The notes: generated from the sequence alone by a model not told the origin. A DNA stretch of 64,000 nt from Candidatus Freyarchaeum deiterrae (GCA_037305845.1 CP147778.1:800001-864000), one strand, 5' to 3'. Shown: positions 49,016 through 59,660, numbered from the stretch's first letter. Made by a program: numbers and translations.

Positions 49016-50176
49016 ATGTCTTACACCATTTACTCGGACTTCTGTCTGGTGGGAAGAGAACTAGAACTACTGGAAGAGGTTTACATAACAATCTCGAGTG
49101 AAGGGTATTTCGAAAGTATTTCAGATAAAGCCCCGAGTTCCCGCAACTATTCGGTTTTTGAGGACTGCCTCGTACTTCCTACTTTTATAAATGCTCATAC
49201 ACATGTTGGAGACTCTTTTGCCAAGGAGGAGGGCTACAATTACTCCATAGAGGAAGTGGTTGAATCCCTCCGTGGATTAAAACATAGACTCTTGGCGGAT
49301 GCTTCCGATGAGGAGCTGATGTATGGAATCCATGATTCCTGCTTGGAGATGTTATTCTCGGGTACATCTACCTTCGTTGATTTTAGAGAGGGTGGATTGA
49401 AAGGGATAAACCTCATGAACGAGGCAACAAAAGATTTACCCATTACGGTTATAAAACTGGGTCGACCTACCCAAGAAACATCTCTGGGAGAGCTGATTCC
49501 AGTTGTCGACGGAATCGGGTTAAGTTCCACAAATGGTTACACAGATAAGGAATTAAAACAGATTTCAAGAAAATGCAAGGAGAGCGGAAAAATCGTCGCG
49601 GTTCACGCTTCGGAAACAGAGACGGAGAGAAAAATAGCTTGCGAAAAATATGGATTTTCAGACATTAAGAGAGCCATAACTGTTCTAGACGCTGATGTCC
49701 TAGTCCACCTGACTCATGCGGAAGAGGAAGATATAAGGTTATTAAATGGTAGAAGAGTGGTTTGTTGCCCTCGTGCAAACTCTTACTTCGGTGTGGGTTT
49801 CCCTCCGGTGCGTGAACTAGTAGAGGCGGGAATGAATGTTTGTCTGGGAACCGATAATGTTATGGCTAACTCTTTAGACCTTTTCAGGGAAATGGAATTC
49901 TTGGGGAAAACACTGAGGGGAATATATGGTAAAAATGCGCTGCACTCCAAGAAAATTATCGAAATGGTTACAGTTAATCCCTCCGATGCGTTTAATTTAC
50001 AGTCGGGATGGATAGGCGAGGGAAGAAACGCAGACTTCATGGTTATAGATCTGAACGCTCCCAATATTAGACCAGTCCACAACATTTATCACTCGGTGGT
50101 TCACAGAGCAAAGTCAGAAAATGTGCAACTTGTTTATATTAAGGGTAAAAAGGTGTACGAAAAAGGGAGCATATAA
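49016..50176 (+). CDS. Amidohydrolase / deaminase inside the riboflavin operon
   Basis: NAHTHVGD, HASE, VHLTH, LGTDN. Confidence 0.85.
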   Translation: MSYTIYSDFCLVGRELELLEEVYITISSEGYFESISDKAPSSRNYSVFEDCLVLPTFINAHTHVGDSFAKEEGYNYSIEEVVESLRGLKHRLLADASDEELMYGIHDSCLEMLFSGTSTFVDFREGGLKGINLMNEATKDLPITVIKLGRPTQETSLGELIPVVDGIGLSSTNGYTDKELKQISRKCKESGKIVAVHASETETERKIACEKYGFSDIKRAITVLDADVLVHLTHAEEEDIRLLNGRRVVCCPRANSYFGVGFPPVRELVEAGMNVCLGTDNVMANSLDLFREMEFLGKTLRGIYGKNALHSKKIIEMVTVNPSDAFNLQSGWIGEGRNADFMVIDLNAPNIRPVHNIYHSVVHRAKSENVQLVYIKGKKVYEKGSI

Positions 50177-50190
50177 AAGAGGGCTTCAAT

Positions 50191-50859
50191 TTGGGAAAAC
50201 CGTACGTAATCCTTAGCGCTGCCATGAGTGTTGATGGAAAAATCGCAACTCGAGGAGGAGACTCCGCCTACTCTGATGATGAGGACTGGAAACGTGTCCA
50301 TAAACTCAGATCCGAGGTTGACGCCATAATGGTCGGTATTCACACTATTCTTGTAGACGACTCGAAACTCACCTCAAAGGAGGGTAAAAATCCCATTAGA
50401 GTAGTTGTTGACAGCGATGCAAGAACACCTCCCAACGCTAGGGTAATCACTGTACGACCAGAAGTGGAGACAATCATAGCGGTAACAAGCATAGCACCCC
50501 CAGAAAGAATCTCTAATCTACAAAAAAAAGGAGCAAAAATACTAGTCTGCGGAGATGGAGAACTGGTAGACCTAAAAAGTCTCATGGAAAAACTTTTCGA
50601 CCGGGGCGTTAAGAAACTAATGCTTGAAGGAGGAGGAAACGTAAACTGGGGAATGATTAGCAAGGGACTTATTGATGAAATCAGAATAGCAGTCGCCCCC
50701 GTAATAGTCGGGGGAATTGAGGCAATAACCCTAGTCGAGGGCGAAGGGTTCACCAAAGTATCGGAAGGCGTAAAACTAGAACTAATCAACACCGAAAAAG
50801 TAGGCAAAAACTTGGTTCTCACATACAAAATCCTAAGAGATGCCAAGAGGGGATACTAG
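50191..50859 (+). CDS. arfC: 2,5-diamino-6-ribosylamino-pyrimidinone 5'-phosphate reductase
   Basis: MSVDGKIA, VHKLR, DAIMVG, MLEGGG; no deaminase domain. Confidence 0.92.
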   Translation: MGKPYVILSAAMSVDGKIATRGGDSAYSDDEDWKRVHKLRSEVDAIMVGIHTILVDDSKLTSKEGKNPIRVVVDSDARTPPNARVITVRPEVETIIAVTSIAPPERISNLQKKGAKILVCGDGELVDLKSLMEKLFDRGVKKLMLEGGGNVNWGMISKGLIDEIRIAVAPVIVGGIEAITLVEGEGFTKVSEGVKLELINTEKVGKNLVLTYKILRDAKRGY

Positions 50860-51573
50860 GTGAAATCGGTTATACTGCCAATCGGCAGCACAGAACAACA
50901 CGGACCCCACCTCCCCCTAGGCACGGACAGCATAATCGCAAAAAGATTATCCGAAGCGGTAGCCACAGAGCTAAAAGCAGATATACTCCCCGTGATAAAC
51001 TACGGAGTCTCATTCGAACACGCTGATTTTCCGGGAACAGTAAGCATCCGGCCGGAAACACTAACCCAAGCAGTAAGGGAGATATGCGAATCCCTGCTGA
51101 AACGCTATCAGAGTATCGTCATTATCAACTGTCACGGAGGCAACACCACTACGCTTCGGAGCCTAAATTGTGAAAAAACAGTTTTTATTGACTTTTTCAT
51201 CGTTCTGAAAAAAATTATAAACGAAGTAAGAGAAACGAAAATAGGAGGAGTAGGCCACGCCTGTGAGGTTGAGACCTCTCTAATGCTGTACCTTGAACCC
51301 CACTTGGTAAGAAGAGAAAAAATAACAGAAGACATAGTAAAATACGTCCCTCAGGTAGACCCCCAATCAGAAGAACCACTCCCAGACGGTTGGAAAACCA
51401 TAAACTTCTCCAAATCAGGCGTAATCGGCGACCCCACGAAAGCAACCGCAGAAAAGGGAGAAAAAATATTTCACCTCCTAGTCCAAAAAATTACCGAAAC
51501 ACTAAAAGAATCTCAAAAAGGAGAGAAAACAAGAACCAAACCAAAACTAGGAAAAGCGAAAAAGCCAAAGTAA
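50860..51573 (+). CDS. arfB: Creatininase-family FAPy deformylase
   Basis: EQHGPHLPLGTD, NCHGGN, HACEVETS; operon context. Confidence 0.82.
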   Translation: MKSVILPIGSTEQHGPHLPLGTDSIIAKRLSEAVATELKADILPVINYGVSFEHADFPGTVSIRPETLTQAVREICESLLKRYQSIVIINCHGGNTTTLRSLNCEKTVFIDFFIVLKKIINEVRETKIGGVGHACEVETSLMLYLEPHLVRREKITEDIVKYVPQVDPQSEEPLPDGWKTINFSKSGVIGDPTKATAEKGEKIFHLLVQKITETLKESQKGEKTRTKPKLGKAKKPK

Positions 51574-51618
51574 AGTAAATCCAAAAAGCAAATTAAAGAC
51601 AATATCCATCTGCAAATT

Positions 51619-52158
51619 TTATGAACCCTGTTTTTGAGAATTGAGAATTTTTAGAATGAGGCTATAAAAAAGGTTCATTACGTTTTTACCAGTTTTGGCT
51701 GACGACTCCAAATACTCCGCCCCATGACTCGAAGCGTAACTAAGAGCCTCCTGCTTCTGCACCCTGCGAGAACCACCAAGATCATACTTGTTACCAACAA
51801 GAACCAAAGGCACTTCCCCACCCAAATTTGACTCAGTCTGAGCAAACCAATCATCCAAAACTTGAAAACTGCCGTCACTCGTAATATCAAAAACTATTAC
51901 AGCACCATCAGCCCCCTTGTAAAGAACATTTTCCCCAAATCTAAACTTCTCCGGACCCCCAATCTCGAAAATACTCAGGGTAACATGCCTATCATCAACA
52001 TCCAACTCCTTAGTAAAAATACGCGTTCCAACAGTAGCCCTATACTTCTCCTCAAAAATACCCTGAATATACCTGCGGATAATACTGGTCTTACCAACAC
52101 CAGGCTCCCCAACCAAAACAATCTTAAACGTATACTCCAATCCACCCAACCAAAACAA
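51619..52158 (-). CDS. Rab-like small GTPase with deviant G3 box
   Basis: GEPGVGKT, ATVG, FEIGGPE (in place of WDxAGQE), NKYD, SAK. Confidence 0.88.
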   Translation of the reverse strand: MFWLGGLEYTFKIVLVGEPGVGKTSIIRRYIQGIFEEKYRATVGTRIFTKELDVDDRHVTLSIFEIGGPEKFRFGENVLYKGADGAVIVFDITSDGSFQVLDDWFAQTESNLGGEVPLVLVGNKYDLGGSRRVQKQEALSYASSHGAEYLESSAKTGKNVMNLFYSLILKILNSQKQGS

Positions 52159-52273
52159 CCCCTAACAAACCTAACCCAACCAAAAAAACCACACACACTA
52201 ACCAAAAAAAACAAAAAATTACAAATAGTACTCCCCGCGAGAATCACTCAACAAGAACAAAAGAAAAGTTAAT

Positions 52274-52801
52274 TCAAACACCCTTGCACTTAAGAATACA
52301 TTTAGCCAACGCTACAAAAGCATTCTCTACATTATCGCCAGCCTTGGCAGAAGTCTCAAAAAACGGCGCATTTATACCATCCGCATACTCCTTACCCTCA
52401 CTCTTCTTAACTTCCCTCAAACTATCCAAGTCACACTTATTACCAACCACAACACCAGCCGAAAGATCACCGCTATTCTTCCCCATCTCACTCCTCCAGT
52501 TATCAAGATTCTCTAAAGTAGTTCTACGAGTAACATCGTAAACCAACAAGCAACCAGCGGCACCCAGATAAAAACCAGCCCGCACATACTTGAAATGCGG
52601 CTGACCAGCCAAATCCCAAATAATAAGCTTCACACTACTACCATCAACAACAAGACTCTTCGCAAAAATATTCGTTCCAAGAGTCATTTTGTAGTCTTTT
52701 TCGAATTTTCCTGTGATGAATTTTTCTATTAGGCTTGTTTTTCCTACTGCTCCGTCTCCAGCCAAGATTACTTTGTACATGAGTTCTTTGCTTGCTGCCA
52801 T
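52274..52801 (-). CDS. Rab-like small GTPase
   Basis: GDGAVGKT, WDLAGQ, NKCD, ETSAK; ends in CKGV. Confidence 0.93.
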   Translation of the reverse strand: MAASKELMYKVILAGDGAVGKTSLIEKFITGKFEKDYKMTLGTNIFAKSLVVDGSSVKLIIWDLAGQPHFKYVRAGFYLGAAGCLLVYDVTRRTTLENLDNWRSEMGKNSGDLSAGVVVGNKCDLDSLREVKKSEGKEYADGINAPFFETSAKAGDNVENAFVALAKCILKCKGV

Positions 52802-53140
52802 TTTCTTACTTCCTTTATTTTGTGGTTTGGTTTATTTTTAGTTTTGTTTTTGCTTGCTCACTTTTTGCTTTCCTTTTCTTTTTATTTCATTTAAGTTTTT
52901 GTGTCTGGTTTAATATATTGTCAAGGTATAATATTTGTTTTTCGTTTTGGGCGCTTTTTTTATTATTGGCTGTTTTCGTGTTCGCTTTTTTCATTGTGTT
53001 AGTGAGTTATTGAACATTCTAATATTATATGTATTTAAAATTATTTGTGAATTTTCTCCTATGTGCACGGAATGTGATGGATGTAATTAATAAAACTGAA
53101 ATTTTTGAAGTGAAGAGATGTACTTTTATAGGGTTTGGAT

Positions 53141-54256
53141 TCAGCGTTTTATTCTTTTTACTATTTTTGGGCGTTTTGATTTTAGTTCTTCTTGGTTGAT
53201 TAGTTTGGTTTTTTTCGGGAGTCTGGGTAGGTAGAACCATCTGTAACGGTGAAATTCTGGGTGGGTGTCGTCTACGAATTTTTCCATTCCTGCGTATCTT
53301 TTGCAGTTTTCGCAGTAGAAGCATATTACGTCTCGTGTCTGGAAGTGCCATCCTTCGTCGTCGCTTATATCCCACATTCTTTTTGACAGCTTGTTCACGT
53401 ATCCCCATTGTACGTATTCTCCGCAGAGGCATAGTAGGAAGTGTTTGTCGAAGTTTACTATTTCATCGATTGTTTCCCGTAAGTCTAGTTTTTCGATGAA
53501 ACCGCGTAATTCTCCCGAATCGAAGTATTCTTCCCAGCTGTGCTTCGCATCTAAATAGTAGTAAACCTTTTTTTCAACGTATTTGTATAGGCTCATTGAC
53601 GGCTTGTACTCCGAGGGTGGACCTAGGTTATCGAGAGAACCGTAAGACTTTTTGACAAGATCCAAATCTCTTTCAACCTCTTCTACGTTTTCTGTAGGCG
53701 TTAAGCGGTTCGCCTGTACTATTTTTTCGGCTCTCTCTGAATCCAACTGCAGGAGCGCTCTTCCGGCAACTTCGCGCAGCAGTTCCGGTTCTTTGGGGTC
53801 GTTGAAAACCTCCTCCAGCGCAGGGAAAGCTTTTCGGTCTCCTATTTTTCCTAGAGCGTAGGCGGTGAACTTCCGCGTCTCGGAATATTCATTTTTCAGG
53901 AGCAAGAGTTCTGTGAGCGGTTGTACTGCCTCTCTTCCAAATTTTATTAGGGTATCCGTTGCGGCTTTCACGTGGAATGGTTCGAAAAATTCCGGGTTAA
54001 TCCCTGAATCTTTTAATGATTTTATAAGGAATGGAACCACAACATTTGGGTCGCCTAGCATCTCAAAAATGCGACAGGCTAGAATGAATTTATAAAAATC
54101 GTGATCTTCCTTTTCCAGATAATCCATGGCGCGAAGAGCCAAGTTCCCCCAAGCGTCGCCATGTTCCTTCACCAGTAATCCCACCATATAAAGACCAAAA
54201 ATAACGATATAAACTTGCTGCAAACATAAATAATAGTAGTGTACAGTTCCTTTCAA
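53141..54256 (-). CDS. HEAT/PBS-repeat protein with Cys-containing C-terminal domain
   Basis: RKFTAYALGKIGDRKAFPALE repeats; CLC and CENC motifs. Confidence 0.7.
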   Translation of the reverse strand: MKGTVHYYYLCLQQVYIVIFGLYMVGLLVKEHGDAWGNLALRAMDYLEKEDHDFYKFILACRIFEMLGDPNVVVPFLIKSLKDSGINPEFFEPFHVKAATDTLIKFGREAVQPLTELLLLKNEYSETRKFTAYALGKIGDRKAFPALEEVFNDPKEPELLREVAGRALLQLDSERAEKIVQANRLTPTENVEEVERDLDLVKKSYGSLDNLGPPSEYKPSMSLYKYVEKKVYYYLDAKHSWEEYFDSGELRGFIEKLDLRETIDEIVNFDKHFLLCLCGEYVQWGYVNKLSKRMWDISDDEGWHFQTRDVICFYCENCKRYAGMEKFVDDTHPEFHRYRWFYLPRLPKKTKLINQEELKSKRPKIVKRIKR

Positions 54257-54263
54257 AAATTTT

Positions 54264-56396
54264 TTATTGTATATACCGCATTCCGTATTCTGCGGTCATT
54301 CTAACTAATTTATCTTTGTCTTTGAGAGCTTTTTTTAGTTGCCTCACGGATTGAACGCCTCCCATTTTCAGGAGCGCCTCTACTGCTGCCATGCGGATGC
54401 GGGATTTGGGGTCGTAGAGTTTACTTCTCAGTATTTCGAGCGTGTATTTAGGGGGGAAGGAGGCGAGTGCCAGGATTGTTGCTTCCTGAACGCTTAAATC
54501 CTCATCTTTGAGGAGATTATTTAGGGTTTCAATAGCAGCTGGGTCTTCTAGCCGTCCTAGAGCGCATACTGCGAGCCTACGTATTTGGGTTTTTTCGCTT
54601 TTAAGCATGTTGATGAATAAATCCAAGGGCTTCGTGTCTTTCTTGGTTTCTGTTTCCGAGGTTTTGAGAGCTTCTGCTAGGCTGAGAACATTGTGTTGTT
54701 CTACGCCGAGTATTCCTAGTGACTCTAGGGCGGCTTGTCTGATGCTCTGTTCTTCGTCCCGTAGGGCTTCTATTAGTGATTCTGTGAAGGAGCTTTGCTC
54801 GGGCATGAAAGTATCCCAGTATGCGGCCATTTTTTCGGCGGTGTCTTTTCTAACCTCTGGATTGGGATTTTTAATCAGACTTTTGAGATCTTCTATTGCT
54901 TCCTCGGGTACAAACCACAAGTCTTCTCTCAGTGTCTCGTGTGTGAACTTTCTTATCCACTCATTCGGGCCGTTTCCTAGTTTTTTTATCAAAATTTCTG
55001 TGTATTCGTCGAAGCCTATATCTATGAGTTTATATGCTATCTCTGCGCGGAGGTCATCGTCTTCTTGGACCGCCGCCTCGATTAGATAATTTATGAATTC
55101 TTGGAACTTTTCTAGGTTGAAACTTTTTTTGTGATACACAGCCCATACTGCGTCTAGTAGGGTTTCCCTCACGTTTCGTCTGATATAGGGATTTTCACTC
55201 TTGAGCAATGGGTATAGTGCAGGAAATTTTGCGTATACGGAGAAGCCTTTGATAGCTTTTTTAGCCGCTTCTCGAATCTCCGAGTCTTCATTTCCCATGG
55301 CGTCAATAACAGCATCTCGATACATGCCTTCGTTTAATTCGTCTTTGACCTCCCATGCGTCACTGTAGCATGATTCGGGGTGGCTTACTTCGGACTGAGC
55401 GTTCGTAAAAACTTTAATAGCTTCTATTCTAACCTTATTATCGTCACTAATCATATAGTTAAAAAGCTCCTTCATGGCGTCCCTGAAAAGAGCACGATTC
55501 TCCTTGCACTCGAAGGAACACAAATCTGAGTGGTAACCAATTTTTTCCATAATCATCTCGTACTCTATGGGGTCAAATCTTAAGAAATCCTCTTGAAAGT
55601 CATAATCTGAATAGGAACGTCGGTTAGTATATCTCTTGATTATTCCTTCTATAAGTTTCAACCTCTCAAACACATATACGTCAATCTTGTCTTTTAGAAC
55701 CTGATTAAGACGCTCCTCCGCCCTTTCATTTATTATCTTTTCAAGGGATATTGCTGCAGCCATTCGAATCTCCCATTTCTCATCCTTTAGTGCTTCGTTG
55801 AGAGGTTTAACTGCTCTTTCATCCTTTATATAACCAAGAGCTCGAGCTGCCCCCCAACGAATGAACCAGTTTTCGTTTTTTAGTGCTTGGATGAGGTAGT
55901 CTAATGCAGGTTTACCAATATTTCTAAGAGCTAGTACGGCTTCTTCCCGAATATCGAAACGTTCATCGTTCAGGCTATGAATGAGAACTTGTACAGCTCG
56001 CTCATCCCCTATCTTCCCAAGCGCCTCAATGGCTCCCCTTAGAACAAGCATATCTTTGTCCTTAAGAGCTTGAATTAACGGTTCTACTGCTCTCTTATCT
56101 CGTATATTCCCTAGGGCATTTGCCGCTCCCTGTCTAACGAGCCAATAATCATCCTTTAGCGCCAGAACAAGAAATTCTACTGCGGGTTCTCCAATTTTTG
56201 CAAGAGCCTCTGTTGCTTTTTCGGTGATAATATAAAAACTATAGCTTAGAGCTTTTATCAAGCCTTTAACATCTTTCTCTGCTTCCATCCTTTCGATATC
56301 GCTCTCAGAGAGACTAGATTCTTTCATCTTTATCGCCCCTCTAACAACAATATTGTTTACAGCTACGTTATGTAAGACCTTGTGGTGTGGTAGCAT
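54264..56396 (-). CDS. HEAT/PBS-repeat protein (probable start 56327)
   Basis: Multiple VR..AA.ALG.I.D.RAV..L..ALKD repeats. Confidence 0.88.
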   Translation of the reverse strand: MLPHHKVLHNVAVNNIVVRGAIKMKESSLSESDIERMEAEKDVKGLIKALSYSFYIITEKATEALAKIGEPAVEFLVLALKDDYWLVRQGAANALGNIRDKRAVEPLIQALKDKDMLVLRGAIEALGKIGDERAVQVLIHSLNDERFDIREEAVLALRNIGKPALDYLIQALKNENWFIRWGAARALGYIKDERAVKPLNEALKDEKWEIRMAAAISLEKIINERAEERLNQVLKDKIDVYVFERLKLIEGIIKRYTNRRSYSDYDFQEDFLRFDPIEYEMIMEKIGYHSDLCSFECKENRALFRDAMKELFNYMISDDNKVRIEAIKVFTNAQSEVSHPESCYSDAWEVKDELNEGMYRDAVIDAMGNEDSEIREAAKKAIKGFSVYAKFPALYPLLKSENPYIRRNVRETLLDAVWAVYHKKSFNLEKFQEFINYLIEAAVQEDDDLRAEIAYKLIDIGFDEYTEILIKKLGNGPNEWIRKFTHETLREDLWFVPEEAIEDLKSLIKNPNPEVRKDTAEKMAAYWDTFMPEQSSFTESLIEALRDEEQSIRQAALESLGILGVEQHNVLSLAEALKTSETETKKDTKPLDLFINMLKSEKTQIRRLAVCALGRLEDPAAIETLNNLLKDEDLSVQEATILALASFPPKYTLEILRSKLYDPKSRIRMAAVEALLKMGGVQSVRQLKKALKDKDKLVRMTAEYGMRYIQ

Positions 56397-56419
56397 GTTT
56401 ATATCCTTTGATTAGCTTT

Positions 56420-58525
56420 TCATTCTCCGTTTTTCTTTTCATCAATCATCTGTAAAGCTCCCTTCGCTACTTCTTGAACCCACCTGTCCTTATCGTTGAG
56501 GTAATTTTTCAGGGTGTCAACGACACCAGTATCTCCCAGATAGGCTAGCGAGAGGATTGCGAGTACGCGGATTGAGGGTTTTTCACTATTTAGCAATTTG
56601 AGAAATATCTCCACAGCCGTCAGGTGTTTTTTGGCTTCTTTTTCCATTGAGGCTCTAAGGGCTTCAGCTATGTTTCCTGCAAGCGACTTTGTCACTCCGA
56701 TTGCTTCGAGTGCTTCTAAGATTGCTTCTCTGAAGCTCTGGTCTTTGTCCCCTAGAGTTTTTATTAGCTTGTATGTGAAGGGATTTTCTTCAGGTTTAGG
56801 CCTATCCTCAGGTTTGAGGTAGCAGAAAAATTCTCCCATTGTTTTTACAACTGCTTTTCTGACTCTGGGACTGGGGTCTTCAAGCGCCTCCAAAAGGGCA
56901 TCTATCTCTTCTTCTGTGCACTCCTGTTCTAGTAGCATCTCAGCTGAGTACTCTCTAACATGCTCGTTGGTACTGTTTCTGAGTTTTTCGACGAAAACAT
57001 CCGTGAAGTAAGGTTTGTTCATGCTTCTGAATTCAGATACTATCTTTTCGCGGATGTCATCATCTTCTTGACCAGCAGCCTCTATTAGATATTTCAGAAA
57101 TTCCTTAAAAGAATACTTATTGTACTTTTCGTAGGAGACACCGTCTTTATAATCATTATAGTAAACTTCCAATATTGAGTCTGCGATTGCTTCTCTTGCC
57201 ACTTGTCTGATACGGGGATTCTCGTTTTCAAGTAGGTCGTAGAGATCCGGAATTTTTACGTAAATCGAGAAGCCTTTAGCTGCGCTCTTAGTTAGTTCTC
57301 GAATCTCTGGGTTTTCCTCGCCCATAACGTCGACAACAGCGTCCCAGTAAATGCCTTCGTTTAGTTCGTCTTTGACCTCCCACTTGACACTGTATTCTTC
57401 TGATGCAATATGTCTTACTTTTGACTGGGCGTCTGTAAAAACTTTCATAGCTTCTACTCTAACCGTATTATCGTCGCTAATCATATAGTTATAAAGCTCG
57501 TCCATGGCGTCCATGAAAATTATGCGTTCCTCCTGGTACTCCCAAACACTTACCCTTTTTTTCTCCCCGATTTCCTGTATGATTTTATTATATTCTACTG
57601 GATTGAATCTCTGGAAGTTCTCGTTAGATATGCCACTGTCGCTAATGTACTGATCGATCATCTGATTTATTAGTTGTAGTCGGTCAAACACATCCATGCC
57701 AGTTTGCTCTTTTAGAGCCTGAGTTAGGGGATCCCACGCTCTCTTGTCTCCTATCTTTTTTAGAGACTTTGTGGCTATCATGCGAACGTACTTGTTTTCA
57801 TCTTTCAGCGCTTGGATGAGTGGCTCTACTGCCCTTTTATCGTCTATATCTCCAAGGATTTTTGCTGAGTCTATTCTAATTTGCACATTTTCATCTTTCA
57901 GCGCTTGGATGAGTGGTTCTACTGCGGGTTCTCCTATCTCTAAAATGGTCATTGCTGCCTGCATTCGTATATTTTCATCTTCATCCTTCAGAGCTTGAAT
58001 TAGGGGGGCTACAGCTTGCACATCTCTGATCTTGAGAAGAGCCACTCCTAAGCTAATTTTAAATTTTGAATCTGCTTTCTTTTGAACTTGTAGAATGGGT
58101 TCCACTGCTCTTGCGTCCCCTATATCTCCAAGAACATCTGCTGCTATATTCTGAATCTCTTCATTCTCATACTTTAGCAACTCAATGAGGGGCTCAACCG
58201 CTGATTTTCCAATATTTACAAGTTTTTTTGCGGCGTACATTCGAATGTACTTGTCTTTTTCATTATACTTATTCTTCAAGGCTTGGATTAGGAATTCTAC
58301 AGTTGGTTCTCCAGTATTTCCAAGAGCTTCTGCCCCTTTTTCTTGAACTGCTCTATCTATAAGAACATCTATAAATGAAGGACCCAGACTACGAAGAGCT
58401 TCCGCTGCTTTAAAGTGAATTACTGGGTCTAACCTATAATTCAAGCGTATGTTCTCCAGTCTCCGAGTATTGTTCTCTGCTCTCATTCTTTCAATAAATT
58501 GCTTGTACCAATTAATCCTACCCAC
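56420..58525 (-). CDS. HEAT/PBS-repeat protein, tandem paralog
   Basis: AVEPLIQALKDEN repeats; central segment shared with 54264 (NYMISDDN, WEVKDELNEG). Confidence 0.88.
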   Translation of the reverse strand: MGRINWYKQFIERMRAENNTRRLENIRLNYRLDPVIHFKAAEALRSLGPSFIDVLIDRAVQEKGAEALGNTGEPTVEFLIQALKNKYNEKDKYIRMYAAKKLVNIGKSAVEPLIELLKYENEEIQNIAADVLGDIGDARAVEPILQVQKKADSKFKISLGVALLKIRDVQAVAPLIQALKDEDENIRMQAAMTILEIGEPAVEPLIQALKDENVQIRIDSAKILGDIDDKRAVEPLIQALKDENKYVRMIATKSLKKIGDKRAWDPLTQALKEQTGMDVFDRLQLINQMIDQYISDSGISNENFQRFNPVEYNKIIQEIGEKKRVSVWEYQEERIIFMDAMDELYNYMISDDNTVRVEAMKVFTDAQSKVRHIASEEYSVKWEVKDELNEGIYWDAVVDVMGEENPEIRELTKSAAKGFSIYVKIPDLYDLLENENPRIRQVAREAIADSILEVYYNDYKDGVSYEKYNKYSFKEFLKYLIEAAGQEDDDIREKIVSEFRSMNKPYFTDVFVEKLRNSTNEHVREYSAEMLLEQECTEEEIDALLEALEDPSPRVRKAVVKTMGEFFCYLKPEDRPKPEENPFTYKLIKTLGDKDQSFREAILEALEAIGVTKSLAGNIAEALRASMEKEAKKHLTAVEIFLKLLNSEKPSIRVLAILSLAYLGDTGVVDTLKNYLNDKDRWVQEVAKGALQMIDEKKNGE

Positions 58526-58880
58526 TTTCGCACCTCTTGCACGAATAAATGTGCATAATCAAGATTTCTAGATAATTACAGTTTTATTTTACTACAATAA
58601 AGTTTTATTCACTTTTGAGAGTGCAGAAGTTGTACTTTTGGGATTCCTTGGATTGATTTATTTTTGACTCGATTTTGGGATAAGTCTATGTAAGATTGTT
58701 ATTAATATTTTTTTGGTGTCTTGTGTGGCATTTTTATGCTTTAGAGCTCTTATTTTTTCATGGTAGAACTGGTCCACTATTGAAAGCGTGAATACTAATT
58801 CAGCAATTTCGAATGTTAATTCAACGTATGTGTATAGCTTTACTCCTAATATTCTCGGTATTGGTTTCATTATTTATATT

Positions 58881-59660
58881 TTAGCTTCTCGATGACTGGT
58901 TCTGTGGTAGGTCTTTCCAGTTTTCGATAACTTTGGATTGTACGCTTCTGAACACCGCTAGAGTTTTGCGCAAATCGTTGAGTACGCCCAAATCTACATC
59001 GGTGTACGCTCGATAGCCTCCCAGCCATGCGGGTATGCCGGATTTGCTGGTTACCTCGCCGACTATTCTCTCCACTATTCCCTTCGTGTGCAGCCACCCT
59101 TTGGATAACTGTTTCCACAGGAACCTGACGCCCTTAACCTCCTTCTCCCAGCCGCACTCCTCCATGAGTTCAGACATGCTCTTATCACTGTCCTGCATCT
59201 CCCCTTCAAGCATCCGGATCTTATCCGTGAAGGACAGCTTGTTGGGGTACTTCATATCCGCATAGTAGAACTTGACCAGGGACTCGACCATTAGGCGTAG
59301 CTCCATGAAGCAGGCGACCACGTTTGAGGCCAGCAGGTCTGTGAACATCGCGTAGCTGAACGGCCGCAGGATCAGGAAAACGTAGGGGCGGATGCAGGAG
59401 TTGGCATATCTCTGTGGGAACTCGCCTCCTTCCATGAAATAGTTTACATACCGGTTCATATCGGCGATAAGCCTTAGAACCTCGCGGCTAACCGACTTGG
59501 TTTTACCGGGCTCAGAATCATCGAGGAGAAATTTCTGGTTCTCACGCATAACATCCACGATTCTCTCCAAAGAATCATTTTGCCCATTTTTTTCCACCAA
59601 TTTTTTAACACTATTCTCCCCGACCTTTTCTATACTTTTGGTGTCTCCCAAACTGGACAC
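58881..59660 (-). CDS. Helical protein, possibly HEPN-related (DUF5677-like)
   Basis: ELRLMVE...LWKQLSKGWLH pattern; GC-richer core. Confidence 0.45.
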   Translation of the reverse strand: MSSLGDTKSIEKVGENSVKKLVEKNGQNDSLERIVDVMRENQKFLLDDSEPGKTKSVSREVLRLIADMNRYVNYFMEGGEFPQRYANSCIRPYVFLILRPFSYAMFTDLLASNVVACFMELRLMVESLVKFYYADMKYPNKLSFTDKIRMLEGEMQDSDKSMSELMEECGWEKEVKGVRFLWKQLSKGWLHTKGIVERIVGEVTSKSGIPAWLGGYRAYTDVDLGVLNDLRKTLAVFRSVQSKVIENWKDLPQNQSSRS

